A stretch of DNA of 64,000 nt from Chitinivibrionales bacterium (GTDB lineage Bacteria; Fibrobacterota; Chitinivibrionia; Chitinivibrionales; WJKA01), in assembly GCA_014728295.1 (NCBI GenBank), contig WJLW01000081.1, positions 17,295 through 81,294 on the forward strand, written 5' to 3'. The position numbers were made by a program, and so were the translations under genes. Below, one piece after another: positions 19,448-29,625 of this stretch; positions within the stretch are counted from its first letter, which is position 1; every line of letters starts with the position of its first letter. The notes beneath the pieces are model-generated. The model saw only the letters and a program-made list of their open reading frames with translations, was not told the origin of the DNA and made no database searches.

Positions 19448-20215
19448 TCAGACATTGATTTCTTTGATCAACTTGTTGTCGGTAAATATCTTGATGTTAT
19501 TGTGTGTAACATGTACACCGACGCCCTCTTTGAGCTGTGCGGCGCTAATGTGATATTTGTGCGTTTTGTAGGAACGCTCGACCAGGGTATTGACCAGTCG
19601 CAAACTGTATTCGTCAATCTCATCAATGATCTTCTGGGTTTTGGCACGAAAAAGCGCATAGAGAATGATCGAGGGGATAGCAACCAGCAGCCCGGTAAAG
19701 GTCGTGTTCATAGCGGCGGCAATACCCGAAGCCAGCAGGGTTGATTTTTCGGCAGCGTCGATACCCGGCTTTCCAACGGCGGCAAAGGAGAGTATCAATC
19801 CATAAATCGTTCCCATCAGCCCCAGCAGTGTTGCAACATTTCCGATAGTGGCAAGGTAGTTGGTACGCTTTTCCAGATCGGGAATGACTTTCAGCATCGC
19901 TTCGTCAATGGAATTGCGTATGCGATCCGCGCCGGATTTCGCTTCGGCCAGTCCGGCGTTAACCACGGTAGCGATGACCATTTTGCCGGCCTTTTTGCAC
20001 ATTTGTTTCGCACCGTCGATATCATCGCGCTCGATTTTGGTAAGGATCTCCTTCATAAAAAGTTCCGTTTTATATCCGGCCCTGCTCATCAGAAAGACGA
20101 AGCGCTCGATTGCAATGGCTACACAGAAAATTCCGACGACCAGCAGAACCCACATAAATACATAGCCCGGCTCCGATGGACTGAACGATACGAAAAACTT
20201 GGCAAAGAAATTCAT
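19448..20215 (-). CDS. exbB: MotA/TolQ/ExbB proton-channel family protein
   Basis: Three-TM ExbB core, with the TLLGLMGTIYGLILSFAAV segment identical to the downstream paralog. AAGGAG RBS upstream of the ATG. Confidence 0.88.
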   Translation of the reverse strand: MNFFAKFFVSFSPSEPGYVFMWVLLVVGIFCVAIAIERFVFLMSRAGYKTELFMKEILTKIERDDIDGAKQMCKKAGKMVIATVVNAGLAEAKSGADRIRNSIDEAMLKVIPDLEKRTNYLATIGNVATLLGLMGTIYGLILSFAAVGKPGIDAAEKSTLLASGIAAAMNTTFTGLLVAIPSIILYALFRAKTQKIIDEIDEYSLRLVNTLVERSYKTHKYHISAAQLKEGVGVHVTHNNIKIFTDNKLIKEINV

Positions 20216-20405
20216 ACAGACTCCTTAGTTGGTTCGGCGGACGTGGCTGAACCCACTTGAATAAAACCCTTTGATTGTGTTACATATCTCCAATAAAAGC
20301 TAGTAAGATACATTATTCGAACGAGCAAAGTAAGTACGGCTACCAGCGAACAATACCAAATAGAACCATCGGCACGAGTAAGCCATTACCCTGCTTTGAC
20401 GGCTG

Positions 20406-20729
20406 TTACGGCGTGTAGTTGATAATCTGCTTGTCTCGAAATTCAAACGCGCCGTCGTAGGGTGATTTTTCTATAATTGTATTGTCGACAAAGTCAATTA
20501 AATTTTCGGCGGCGCCCATGCTCTGGATAACCATGGGCCCGAATTCGGGCCGTTTATCAGCCTTGATAAGCACCATTTGGGGCCGACGGATTTTTCCCTC
20601 AATACGTTGCTCTTCAAAAATGATACGGACTTTTTTGCCGGATTTTGCAGCAAAAGCATGCAGGGGAACCAGCGCCGCGAGGCAGAGCAATGCGACAAAC
20701 ACACGACGGCAGGTAAACCAGTTTTTCAT
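20406..20729 (-). CDS. Hypothetical small secreted protein
   Basis: Signal peptide from the internal Met (MKNWFTCRRVFVALLCLAALVPLHAFA). No recognisable motif. Lies 190 nt upstream of the exbB operon on the same strand. Confidence 0.4.
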   Translation of the reverse strand: MKNWFTCRRVFVALLCLAALVPLHAFAAKSGKKVRIIFEEQRIEGKIRRPQMVLIKADKRPEFGPMVIQSMGAAENLIDFVDNTIIEKSPYDGAFEFRDKQIINYTP

Positions 20730-20903
20730 GTCAATCTCAAAGGCAAATAGCTTATAGCCGAGCATAGTAAAAAGATACCATTAGTATGGGCTAAGATCAA
20801 TACAATATACAACTTATGAGGTCACCCGCAAAGACATGCACGAAGTTATTTATTTTAGTCTCAGGTGAAATATAAGAATCTATATCATCCTAAGAGATGA
20901 TTC

Positions 20904-21518
20904 ATGAGAAAGCAAACGATGAGCAGCATATTGCACCGTGCCAGAGAGATTATCGATTTTGAGGCCGAGATCCTCAAAAAAATACCCCTTGATGAGCATT
21001 TTGAGAGCGCCCTGCACTGTCTGAGAAAGTGCACCGGAAAAGTCATTACGACCGGAATGGGCAAAGCCGGCAAAATAGCTCACAAAATGGCAGGCACCCT
21101 CAGCTCCACGGGCACGCCTGCCTGCTATCTGCATCCGGGTGAAGCCGAGCACGGCGATCTGGGTCTGCTGGGCCCGGGTGATGTTATCATTGCCTACTCG
21201 ACTAGTGGCAAGACCAGAGAAGTTATCGAAATGCTGGAGCTTTCGCGCCACCTCGGCATCGTCTCAATTATCGGGATCACCTCACACCCCGATTCGCTAA
21301 TTCACGATTGTGCCGAAATTGTCATCAACATGGGGGTCATTGAAGAGCCCTGCCCGCTGGGTCTGACGCCGACCGCCAGTACCGTGGCCATGCTGGCGAT
21401 CAGCGATGCGCTGGCGCTGGTACTGATGGAACAGAAAAAAGTCACCCGCGACGACTATGGCTTGCGCCACCATGGGGGGTATCTGGGACTTAAGGCCCGC
21501 CAGGCGGCTGCCGGATGA
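20904..21518 (+). CDS. SIS-domain sugar-phosphate isomerase (KdsD/KpsF-like, no CBS pair)
   Basis: TGMGKAGKIAHKMAGTLSSTGTPACYLHPGEAEHGDLG and IAYSTSGKTREV match the arabinose-5-P isomerase SIS domain. Its stop overlaps the nadB start (ATGA). Confidence 0.7.
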   Translation: MRKQTMSSILHRAREIIDFEAEILKKIPLDEHFESALHCLRKCTGKVITTGMGKAGKIAHKMAGTLSSTGTPACYLHPGEAEHGDLGLLGPGDVIIAYSTSGKTREVIEMLELSRHLGIVSIIGITSHPDSLIHDCAEIVINMGVIEEPCPLGLTPTASTVAMLAISDALALVLMEQKKVTRDDYGLRHHGGYLGLKARQAAAG

Positions 21519-23131
21519 AGCTTGAGTGCGATTTTCTGGTTATTGGTAGCGGCATTGCAGGACTCAGTTTTGCATTGCACGCCGCTGCGCACGGCAGCGT
21601 CATCATTATTACGAAAAAATCCGGCAACGAGTGCAATACCCGCTATGCGCAAGGCGGTATTGCCTGCGTACTCGATCCCCGAGATTCCTTTCGCAATCAC
21701 ATCACCGATACGCTTTCAACCGGCCACGGCATTTGCAATGCGGAGGCGGTGGAACTACTGGTGCGCAATGCTCCCGATCGGTTACGCGAGCTGTTAGAGT
21801 GGGGCGTTCACTTTACGCAGGCCAGAAAATCCACGGCCGCCTTCAGCCTCGATCTGGGCAAGGAGGGCGGGCATTCGGCGCATCGTATCGTGCATGCCGC
21901 CGACACCACCGGTGAAGAAATTGAATCGGCCGTGTTGGCACAAGCCCGGTCGCACCCGAACATTTCCATCTACGAGCACCATCACGCCGTTGAATTGATC
22001 ACCAACCATCATCTCAGGCGGCGTCGCAAAAAGAACAAGTGCTATGGCGCATATGTTCTTGACACACAGCACAGATACATCGGCGCGATACGCGCAAAAA
22101 TCACCTGTGTTGCCACTGGCGGAGCCGGCAAAGTATATCAACATTCGACGAATCCCGACGTTGCCCGCGGCGACGGAATTGCCATGGCGTACCGGGCCGG
22201 TGCCCAGATCGCCAATATGGAGTTCATTCAGTTCCATCCCACCATGCTGTGTCACGAACAGAGCAATTCTTTTCTGATTTCCGAGGCGATCCGCGGCTTT
22301 GGCGCCGTCATCAAAGACGCTTGCGGACGTGCATTTATGGACGAGTACGATCCGATGAAATCGCTGGCCCCCCGCGACATTGTGGCCCGGGCTATCGATC
22401 GCGAGATCAAGCGCTCGGGACAAAACTGCGTCTACCTTGACATACGTCACGCCGATGCGACTCAGACCCGCAAGCGTTTTCCGGCAATTTACAAGCGCTG
22501 CAAACGGTTGGGTATCGACATCACCAGAGACCTTATTCCCGTCGTACCCGCTGCGCACTATCTCTGCGGCGGCATTAAAGTGGATTCCTGCTGTAAAAGC
22601 AGCATCGAAAATCTGTATGCCTGCGGTGAAGCGGCCTGCACCGGCGTGCACGGCGCGAACCGGCTGGCCTCGAATTCACTGCTGGAAGCGGTGGTTTTCT
22701 CACACCGTGCCGCGCATGACGCCGGCGCCCGTATACACGGCGTCGATCAGTTACCCATTGACGCCGTACATGCCTGGGATGATAGTGGTACTATTGACAT
22801 CGAAGAATGGATTTTGCTGTCGCACAATATCTACGAAATTCAGGCAACCATGTGGGACTATGTCGGCATCGTTCGCTCCGATGTGCGGCTGCAGCGCGCC
22901 CGCAGACGCATTAGCATGCTGGAGGGCGAAATAGAAAGTTATTACAAACGTACCAGAATTACTCCCGAACTACTTGACTTACGCAATGTTGTGACTACCG
23001 CCAAGCTTATCGTCAACTCGGCTTTGCGCAGGCATGAAAGCCGGGGTCTTCACTATACCACCGACTATCCCGAGCAGGACGAACGGCGCTGGAAACGCGA
23101 TACCATCATTTCCAAAAAGCTGCGCTACTGA
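21515..23131 (+). CDS. nadB: L-aspartate oxidase
   Basis: FAD-binding DFLVIGSGIAGL, YAQGGIA, FIQFHPT, GGI.VD and ACTGVHGANRLASNSLLE. Confidence 0.92.
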   Translation: MKLECDFLVIGSGIAGLSFALHAAAHGSVIIITKKSGNECNTRYAQGGIACVLDPRDSFRNHITDTLSTGHGICNAEAVELLVRNAPDRLRELLEWGVHFTQARKSTAAFSLDLGKEGGHSAHRIVHAADTTGEEIESAVLAQARSHPNISIYEHHHAVELITNHHLRRRRKKNKCYGAYVLDTQHRYIGAIRAKITCVATGGAGKVYQHSTNPDVARGDGIAMAYRAGAQIANMEFIQFHPTMLCHEQSNSFLISEAIRGFGAVIKDACGRAFMDEYDPMKSLAPRDIVARAIDREIKRSGQNCVYLDIRHADATQTRKRFPAIYKRCKRLGIDITRDLIPVVPAAHYLCGGIKVDSCCKSSIENLYACGEAACTGVHGANRLASNSLLEAVVFSHRAAHDAGARIHGVDQLPIDAVHAWDDSGTIDIEEWILLSHNIYEIQATMWDYVGIVRSDVRLQRARRRISMLEGEIESYYKRTRITPELLDLRNVVTTAKLIVNSALRRHESRGLHYTTDYPEQDERRWKRDTIISKKLRY

Positions 23132-23158
23132 GCAATGCACTGGTAAAGAAACTCGTCA

Positions 23159-25120
23159 ATGAATGCCATAATCGCCATCTGGATATGTGCCGCCGGTCTC
23201 ATCGCCATCTACGCAGCGCTTTATTACCTGCGCTTTTGCAGGAGATCATGGAATGCGTATGCACTCCTGGGTATCAGGCTGGCACTCTTGATCGTGCTCA
23301 CCCTTGTTATTGTCAAGCCTTCCTGCACCATAAACCGTCTCAGCCACCCCGAAGCGATCATTCCTTTGCTTGTCGACGGCTCGCAGAGCATGCAAATGTT
23401 TGATCCCGATTCACTGACTGCATATATCACGCGTCTGCAAAACACGGCGAAAGAGCTACATCTGAAAGTACCGCTCATTCTCTTCGGCGATTCGTCGCGC
23501 GCCGTAGCGAGCATCGATGCCGAAGATTTTAATGACGAACACAGCAGCTTTCCCGGCCACTTTGCCAATCAACGGGTCGACCGGGCGCCACTCATGATCG
23601 TCCTTACCGACGGCAACTGGTCCAATACGGCTATCCCGTATGAGACAGTACGCAACAGGGAGATCCACTTTCTGGAGTTGGGCAGTATCTCGGTTTCCGA
23701 CCGCACGGCCATGCGGCTTCTTGACATACCAGACGCAACACCGCAGGACGAAGCAGCCTCGGCACTGATTGTGTTGAGCGGCAGCAGGTCCGCCGACGAC
23801 ACGCTGCTAGTGGTACATCGCCATGGGCGCCATGCCGAGCGGCTGCATTCGACAGCTCTGCGGGCAGGCAGATTCAACGATACACTCCGGATTCCACTCG
23901 CAACAGATTCGGTCGGGCGCCGGCTGCACAAGCTGCATGCGGTAGATGCTGCAGATTCCGTCATTGCAACAGCCTCGTTCGTTCACACGGTAATCCCGGA
24001 GAAATTTGGCATCGCCCTCTATTGCGCACAACCACGGCTAGACAAAAGATTTTTTGCGCTGGCGATTGACCGGGATTCGTCCTGGCGGCGCATAGATTCG
24101 GCAACCAAACCCGGTGAAGTAAATGCGCTGGTCTGCTTTGACTGGAATCGCACGGCGCGTCAAAAAGCCGCGTCCTTGGGCACGCCCGCCGTTGCGGCAT
24201 GCATCGGATGTTTGCCGGAAGCAGCAGGCAGTTCACCCCTGCAGGTGCGCCAAGTAACACTGATTGCGCATGATGAAACCCCGGATGTGATGCGCATCCA
24301 GGCCCGGCGCAGCATTCCCGCTCCGGATCTGATTCTGCAGGGATCCTGGCGTACGGATCCGCCCCTGTCGCTGCTCGACGCTTCCGTTGTCTATCGCTTT
24401 AAGGGCCGCACTCTTGCCGATACCGTTCCGATAGTGCTTGAACGTTCCGACATGCTCATTGTTGGAGCGGCGGGTATCTGGAAATGGGACTTTTTGCCTG
24501 CCGGCATAAACAGTGCAGAGCAGGAGACATTCGCCCGGGCACTGCTTGACATTATGAAAGCGAAGCTTATCCGCAAATCGGCCGGGAGCTTTCTGGTACA
24601 TCGCAGCAGCGGCTCTGCAGTTTCGCAAGCTCAGGGACTCTCGCTGCGCTTACTATTTCCGGCTACCTGGACGAAGATCGAAAAGGCAGAGGTTGCGATA
24701 AATCTGAATGACAGCGCACATAAGATCCATTTTGATTCAACCTGCTCGCTTGCACTCGGGGGGTTTTTTGAAAAGCAAGTCCATTTCCCGCCGTTGCCAC
24801 CGGGGCGCTACAGCCTTTCGGCTACGGCCCGTACAGGTGCTTTAACCCAACATTACACAGATGAGCTCATTGTCTTCGGACATAATCACGAATTGATGAT
24901 TACCGGGCAGAATCACTCGCTGCTCAATCGCATCAGCCACCCCCTCACCCCCTCAAAAGAAGCCTATGTTAAGTTACTTTCGAACAAAAAGCAGGTTTTA
25001 AGCTCTCCGCGAACCTCGGCAATGAACATATCGGTGCGGCAAACCTGGCATTTTCTACTGGCAATTCTGGTGCTTTTCGGCGCAGAGTGGTGGATACGAA
25101 AACGCCGCTCGCTCGATTAA
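23159..25120 (+). CDS. Membrane protein with N-terminal double-TM segment and vWA-like domain (BatA/BatB-like)
   Basis: Two N-terminal TM helices, a MIDAS-like DxSxS (VDGSQSM), LTDGNWS, and a C-terminal TM (WHFLLAILVLFGAEWWIRKR). Confidence 0.45.
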   Translation: MNAIIAIWICAAGLIAIYAALYYLRFCRRSWNAYALLGIRLALLIVLTLVIVKPSCTINRLSHPEAIIPLLVDGSQSMQMFDPDSLTAYITRLQNTAKELHLKVPLILFGDSSRAVASIDAEDFNDEHSSFPGHFANQRVDRAPLMIVLTDGNWSNTAIPYETVRNREIHFLELGSISVSDRTAMRLLDIPDATPQDEAASALIVLSGSRSADDTLLVVHRHGRHAERLHSTALRAGRFNDTLRIPLATDSVGRRLHKLHAVDAADSVIATASFVHTVIPEKFGIALYCAQPRLDKRFFALAIDRDSSWRRIDSATKPGEVNALVCFDWNRTARQKAASLGTPAVAACIGCLPEAAGSSPLQVRQVTLIAHDETPDVMRIQARRSIPAPDLILQGSWRTDPPLSLLDASVVYRFKGRTLADTVPIVLERSDMLIVGAAGIWKWDFLPAGINSAEQETFARALLDIMKAKLIRKSAGSFLVHRSSGSAVSQAQGLSLRLLFPATWTKIEKAEVAINLNDSAHKIHFDSTCSLALGGFFEKQVHFPPLPPGRYSLSATARTGALTQHYTDELIVFGHNHELMITGQNHSLLNRISHPLTPSKEAYVKLLSNKKQVLSSPRTSAMNISVRQTWHFLLAILVLFGAEWWIRKRRSLD

Positions 25121-25719
25121 GCGTCAAGCCAGGCCGCCAACTTGCTCCTGAGCTGCCGCAATGCGTTCCCCCGATGACTGATCCGGTTTTTTTCCCCGGC
25201 TTCGAGTTCGGCAAACGACCGGTCATAACCAGCGGGGACAAAGAGGGGGTCGTAGCCAAACCCCCCGCTGCCCGACGGCTTCTGCGCGATCCTGCCTTCA
25301 CAGGTGCCCTCTGCGACCAGTTCGCTGGTGTCACTCAGCTTCACAACCATAACGCAGCGAAATCGTGCCGCTCTCTGATCGACCGGACAGGCGGATATGG
25401 CCTCGAGCAGCTTCGCATTGTTGGCGACGTCATCAGCGGGTTCACCGGCATACCGGGCAGAGCGCACTCCCGGAGCACCTTCCAGGGAATCGACTTCAAG
25501 ACCAGAATCGTCGGCCAGGGTCCACAAGCCTTTGCGCGAGTAAACCCAGTCGGCTTTCCGGCGCGCGTTGGCCAGAAATGTTGCGCCGGTTTCGGGTATC
25601 GCCGGCACCGGATCGAAGATGTCGGCCAGAGATTGCACTGCAACGTCGAAGTCCGACAGCATCTCTGTGATTTCTTTGAGCTTGCCCCTATTTCCTGTTG
25701 CGACAATAAGCGTGTGCAT
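25117..25719 (-). CDS. rdgB: RdgB/HAM1 non-canonical purine NTP pyrophosphatase
   Basis: ATGNRGKLKEI, FGYDPLF and SHRGNAL motifs. Confidence 0.9.
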   Translation of the reverse strand: MHTLIVATGNRGKLKEITEMLSDFDVAVQSLADIFDPVPAIPETGATFLANARRKADWVYSRKGLWTLADDSGLEVDSLEGAPGVRSARYAGEPADDVANNAKLLEAISACPVDQRAARFRCVMVVKLSDTSELVAEGTCEGRIAQKPSGSGGFGYDPLFVPAGYDRSFAELEAGEKNRISHRGNALRQLRSKLAAWLDA

Positions 25720-25727
25720 TGTTTCCT

Positions 25728-28151
25728 TTACTTTGCGACAATATTGACCAGTTTTCCGGGAACGACTACTATGCGTTGAATGTGCTTGCCGGTGAGGTAG
25801 TGCTTTACTTTTTCATCGTCCTGGGCACGCGTTTGGAGCTCTTCCCTGCTGATATCGGCAGGAACTTCCAAACGCGATCGGACTTTGCCCATTACCTGTA
25901 TGACAATGGTTTTCATTTCATCAACCAAATACAATTCATCAAAACGCGGCCAGGACTGTTCGGCTACCGAGGGATTGTTGCCCAGCCTGCTCCACATCTC
26001 TTCGCACATATGCGGCGCAAAGGGAGACAGCATCAACACGAGGGAATTGAGCACCGACCGGAATTGCTTTTCTTCCTTGTAAAGATCGTTGACCAGGATC
26101 ATCATGGCGCTGATAGCCGTATTGAAGCGATAATTATCCAGGTCCGCGGTGACCTTGTGAAGGGCTTTGTGCAGGCTTTTTTTGACGTAATCCGGGGGTT
26201 GCTCATCGACAATGTCCGATTGGTCCACGAGTCGCCAGACCCGGTCGAGAAACTTTCTGACACCGCCAATGGCCTGCGTGTTCCACGGCTTGGTAACTTC
26301 CAGCGGCCCCATGAACATTTCGTACATGCGCAAGGTATCAGCGCCGTATTCCGAGATTACATCGTCGGGATTTATGACATTGCCCAGCGATTTGGACATT
26401 TTCCGGCCGTCTTCGGCGAGGATCATGCCCTGATTGATAAGCCTTTGGAACGGCTCGTCAAACGGCACGGCGCCGATATCGAAAAGGAATTTGTGCCAGA
26501 ACCGGGCATAAAGCAAATGCAATACCGCATGCTCGGCGCCGCCGATGTACAAGTCGACCGGTCCCCAATAGTCCAGCTTTTCACGGCCGGCGAAATGCTC
26601 GTCGTTGTGCGGATCGACATAGCGCAAAAAATACCACGACGATCCCGCCCACTGCGGCATCGTGTTCGTCTCGCGTTGTGCGGGTGCACCGCAGTGGGGG
26701 CACGAGGTTTTGACCCATTCGGCAATATTTGCCAGAGGCGACTGACCGGTACCGGTCGGTTCATAACGCTCAACATCCGGCAAACGCAATGGTAAATCCT
26801 TTTCGCCAACCGGCACAATTCCGCATTTTTCGCAATGTATCAGGGGGATTGGTTCTCCCCAGTAGCGCTGCCGGGAAAAAACCCAGTCGCGCAATTTGTA
26901 GTTGACGGCCCTTTTGCCTTTTCCCTGCCGCTCAAGATCGGCGATAATTTTTTCCTTGAATTCAGCAGTCGGCAGACCGTCGTACGGGCCGGAATTGATT
27001 GCATATCCCTGATCCGTAAATGCTTCCCCCAATTGCTGAGTCTGTCCCGGAGATTCGGCAACAACCTGAATAATGGGAATATCGAATTCGGCGGCAAATT
27101 CAAAATCGCGCTGATCGTGAGCCGGAACGGCCATAATGGCACCGGAGCCGTAGGTGATCATCACATAATCCGAAATCCAGATCGGCACTTTGTCTGCGTT
27201 GACCGGATTGACGGCGTAGGCACCGGTAAATACGCCGGTCTTCTCTTTACCCAGATCGGTACGTTCAAGGTCACTTTTGGTGGCAGCCGCATCTATGTAG
27301 TTGTGCACAGCCTGTTTCTGGCGCGAAGATACGATTTTGTCAAGCAACGGATGCTCAGGCGCCAGCACCATGAAAGTTGCCCCGAAGAGCGTGTCCGGAC
27401 GAGTGGTAAAGACAGTTATAACCTCACTGGTCGAAGATTCCACAAAGTCGACTTCTGCGCCAATCGATTTGCCAATCCAGTTGCGCTGCATAAGCTTGAT
27501 GGCTTCGGGCCAGTCCAGCTTGTCAAGATCCGCAAGCAAACGTTCGGCGTAGCTGGTAATTTTCAGCATCCATTGCGGGATCACTTTTTTAACAACCAGA
27601 TGTCCGCAACGATCGCAAGCACCTTCTTTGACTTCTTCATTGGCAAGTCCGGTTTTACACGAATCACACCAATTAATGGGCACTTCGGCGCGGTAGGCCA
27701 GCCCTTTTTTGTAAAGCTGCAGAAAAATCCACTGGGTCCATCGATAATATGCCGGATCGGTTGTGGCAAACTCTCGATCCCAGTCATAGCCGAAGCCGAT
27801 TGATTTGATCTGTTGACGAAAGCGCTCGATATTCTGCTGAGTTGTCACCCGCGGATGCGTACCGGTCTTGATGGCATAATTTTCGGCCGGCAGACCGAAA
27901 GCGTCCCAGCCCATCGGATGCAGTACGTTGTACCCGTTCATCTTTTTATAGCGGCCGATGATATCACTGGCTGTATAGCCTTCCGGATGGCCGACATGCA
28001 ATCCTGCACCTGAAGGATAGGGAAACATGTCCAGTACGTAAAAACGTTTATCCGCAGGCTGTTGGGAATCTTCGGTCACCGAAAATGTCTTGTTGTCTTC
28101 CCAGTAACGTTGCCATTTTTCTTCGATGGCTTCAAAATCAAAGTGGGCCAC
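25728..28151 (-). CDS. leuS: Leucyl-tRNA synthetase
   Basis: HIGH-type HVGHPEGY and KMSKSLGNV motifs. The length and overall sequence are typical of bacterial LeuRS. Confidence 0.97.
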   Translation of the reverse strand: MAHFDFEAIEEKWQRYWEDNKTFSVTEDSQQPADKRFYVLDMFPYPSGAGLHVGHPEGYTASDIIGRYKKMNGYNVLHPMGWDAFGLPAENYAIKTGTHPRVTTQQNIERFRQQIKSIGFGYDWDREFATTDPAYYRWTQWIFLQLYKKGLAYRAEVPINWCDSCKTGLANEEVKEGACDRCGHLVVKKVIPQWMLKITSYAERLLADLDKLDWPEAIKLMQRNWIGKSIGAEVDFVESSTSEVITVFTTRPDTLFGATFMVLAPEHPLLDKIVSSRQKQAVHNYIDAAATKSDLERTDLGKEKTGVFTGAYAVNPVNADKVPIWISDYVMITYGSGAIMAVPAHDQRDFEFAAEFDIPIIQVVAESPGQTQQLGEAFTDQGYAINSGPYDGLPTAEFKEKIIADLERQGKGKRAVNYKLRDWVFSRQRYWGEPIPLIHCEKCGIVPVGEKDLPLRLPDVERYEPTGTGQSPLANIAEWVKTSCPHCGAPAQRETNTMPQWAGSSWYFLRYVDPHNDEHFAGREKLDYWGPVDLYIGGAEHAVLHLLYARFWHKFLFDIGAVPFDEPFQRLINQGMILAEDGRKMSKSLGNVINPDDVISEYGADTLRMYEMFMGPLEVTKPWNTQAIGGVRKFLDRVWRLVDQSDIVDEQPPDYVKKSLHKALHKVTADLDNYRFNTAISAMMILVNDLYKEEKQFRSVLNSLVLMLSPFAPHMCEEMWSRLGNNPSVAEQSWPRFDELYLVDEMKTIVIQVMGKVRSRLEVPADISREELQTRAQDDEKVKHYLTGKHIQRIVVVPGKLVNIVAK

Positions 28152-28273
28152 GAGTTTACCTCTTTATACTGTCGGTATGATAGGCGAATTCAGGGTAACA
28201 AAAGTAAGAAAATAGTTGATGTAGAGATTTGTACTCTACTGACCGGCTGCGACGATACGGTTCTTCAGCACGT

Positions 28274-29203
28274 TCAGACCGCCTCGATCGTAGTATCTTC
28301 CATCAATTGCCAGACTTCATTGCGATCGATAGTCCCGGCCCCGCGATGCAGCGCATTTGAAGTTCCACAGGCAATCGCCAGGCGACACATTTCGTTAAAA
28401 GAATATTTTCTCACCAGCCCCACCAGCAACCCGGCCACCAATGCATCGCCGCAGCCGACCGTATCGACAACATCTATTGCGGGGGCACCACACAACAGGC
28501 AGTCATTTTCATGAATGGCAATCATGCCGTCGCTTCCAAGCGAAATAAAAACATACGGAATGCCGGCATCGAGCAACCGTTTTCCCCGCAGAGCCATATG
28601 GCGAATACCGCGGATTTTTTCGCCGTAATAGCCTTCAAGTTCGGCATGGTTTGGTTTGATCATGGTCGGCCGAGCCCTGAGCCCATGTGCAAAAGCCGCT
28701 CCGCGGCTGTCCAGAAGAGCCTGCACATCGCGGCCCTTCAGTTGTGCAACAAGGCGTTCATAGGCTGCATCGGGAAGTCCCGGAAACAAACTGCCGGAAA
28801 GTGACCATACGTCTCCTGCACGCATAAATGAACAGGCAAAGTCGAAATAATCGGCAAAGGCTTTTTCGGCCAGGGTATCAGGCTGCCTGCTGTTTAGGTG
28901 GGTGATTCCCCCTGATGCATCGGCAATGGTGACATTGACACGTACACCCCCCGGAACAGAGAACAGGTGTGCAGTGATGTGCCGTTCATGTAAATAGCGG
29001 CGATACTGCTCATAGCTTTCCGCCGGCATCAGGCCGATAACTCCGGCCTCTTCTCCCAGCCTTGTAATTACCCGTGCGACATTAACTCCTTTCCCGGCCG
29101 GCGTAACGAGTGCGGGTACGTCCGTCCAGGTACGGCCCGCCTCAAATCCGCAAACAGTGTAGGTAACGTCAAGTGCCGGACTGAGAACCGAACAGTAAAT
29201 CAC
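28274..29203 (-). CDS. PfkB-family sugar kinase (1-phosphofructokinase/tagatose-6-P kinase-like)
   Basis: N-terminal MIYCSVLSPALD pattern typical of 1-PFK, and DTVGCGDALVAG ATP/anion-hole motif. GTG start. Confidence 0.8.
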   Translation of the reverse strand: MIYCSVLSPALDVTYTVCGFEAGRTWTDVPALVTPAGKGVNVARVITRLGEEAGVIGLMPAESYEQYRRYLHERHITAHLFSVPGGVRVNVTIADASGGITHLNSRQPDTLAEKAFADYFDFACSFMRAGDVWSLSGSLFPGLPDAAYERLVAQLKGRDVQALLDSRGAAFAHGLRARPTMIKPNHAELEGYYGEKIRGIRHMALRGKRLLDAGIPYVFISLGSDGMIAIHENDCLLCGAPAIDVVDTVGCGDALVAGLLVGLVRKYSFNEMCRLAIACGTSNALHRGAGTIDRNEVWQLMEDTTIEAV

Positions 29204-29625
29204 AACAGCTTGTCCCCACTTAGTACAAGGTAAAGCAGCTTCATTGCCCTGACCATCATATATGTCAAGGCACAGGCGGCGCCGAATTGCAGAATACGCA
29301 GCACGCTGGTTATTTGCTTGAAGTATTTCATGAGCATAAATTGGATTGCCTGTTAAAAATACACAAATTTCGCATCCACAATTGCGTCAGGCAAGCATGA
29401 TGGCTTGCCTGGTAGAATGGCTCGATTAGGCGCTGCACCCCAGCACAACGATTGAGGGAAAAAACGATAAGCAAATTAGGCGAATACACAAATGATTTTC
29501 GCCAATAAACGGTGGAACGCTCCCCGAATCCCAGACCGAATTTGCGAAAACTTATTTTAGCCTGTACTAGTACTGTAATTCGACTTTCATTTTTTAACTC
29601 CACACTTTGGAGAAAGGAGCTTCGC

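Noticed and set aside
21794-22651. 285-aa minus-strand ORF inside nadB
   Set aside because: It is antisense to a clear L-aspartate oxidase. The Ala/Gly/Arg-rich shadow translation has no motif.
25719-27803. Long plus-strand ORFs (25719-26795, 358 aa; 26835-27803, 322 aa) inside the leuS region
   Set aside because: They are antisense to an unmistakable LeuRS (HIGH and KMSKS motifs). Their translations are low-complexity with no motifs. This is typical shadow-ORF behaviour.
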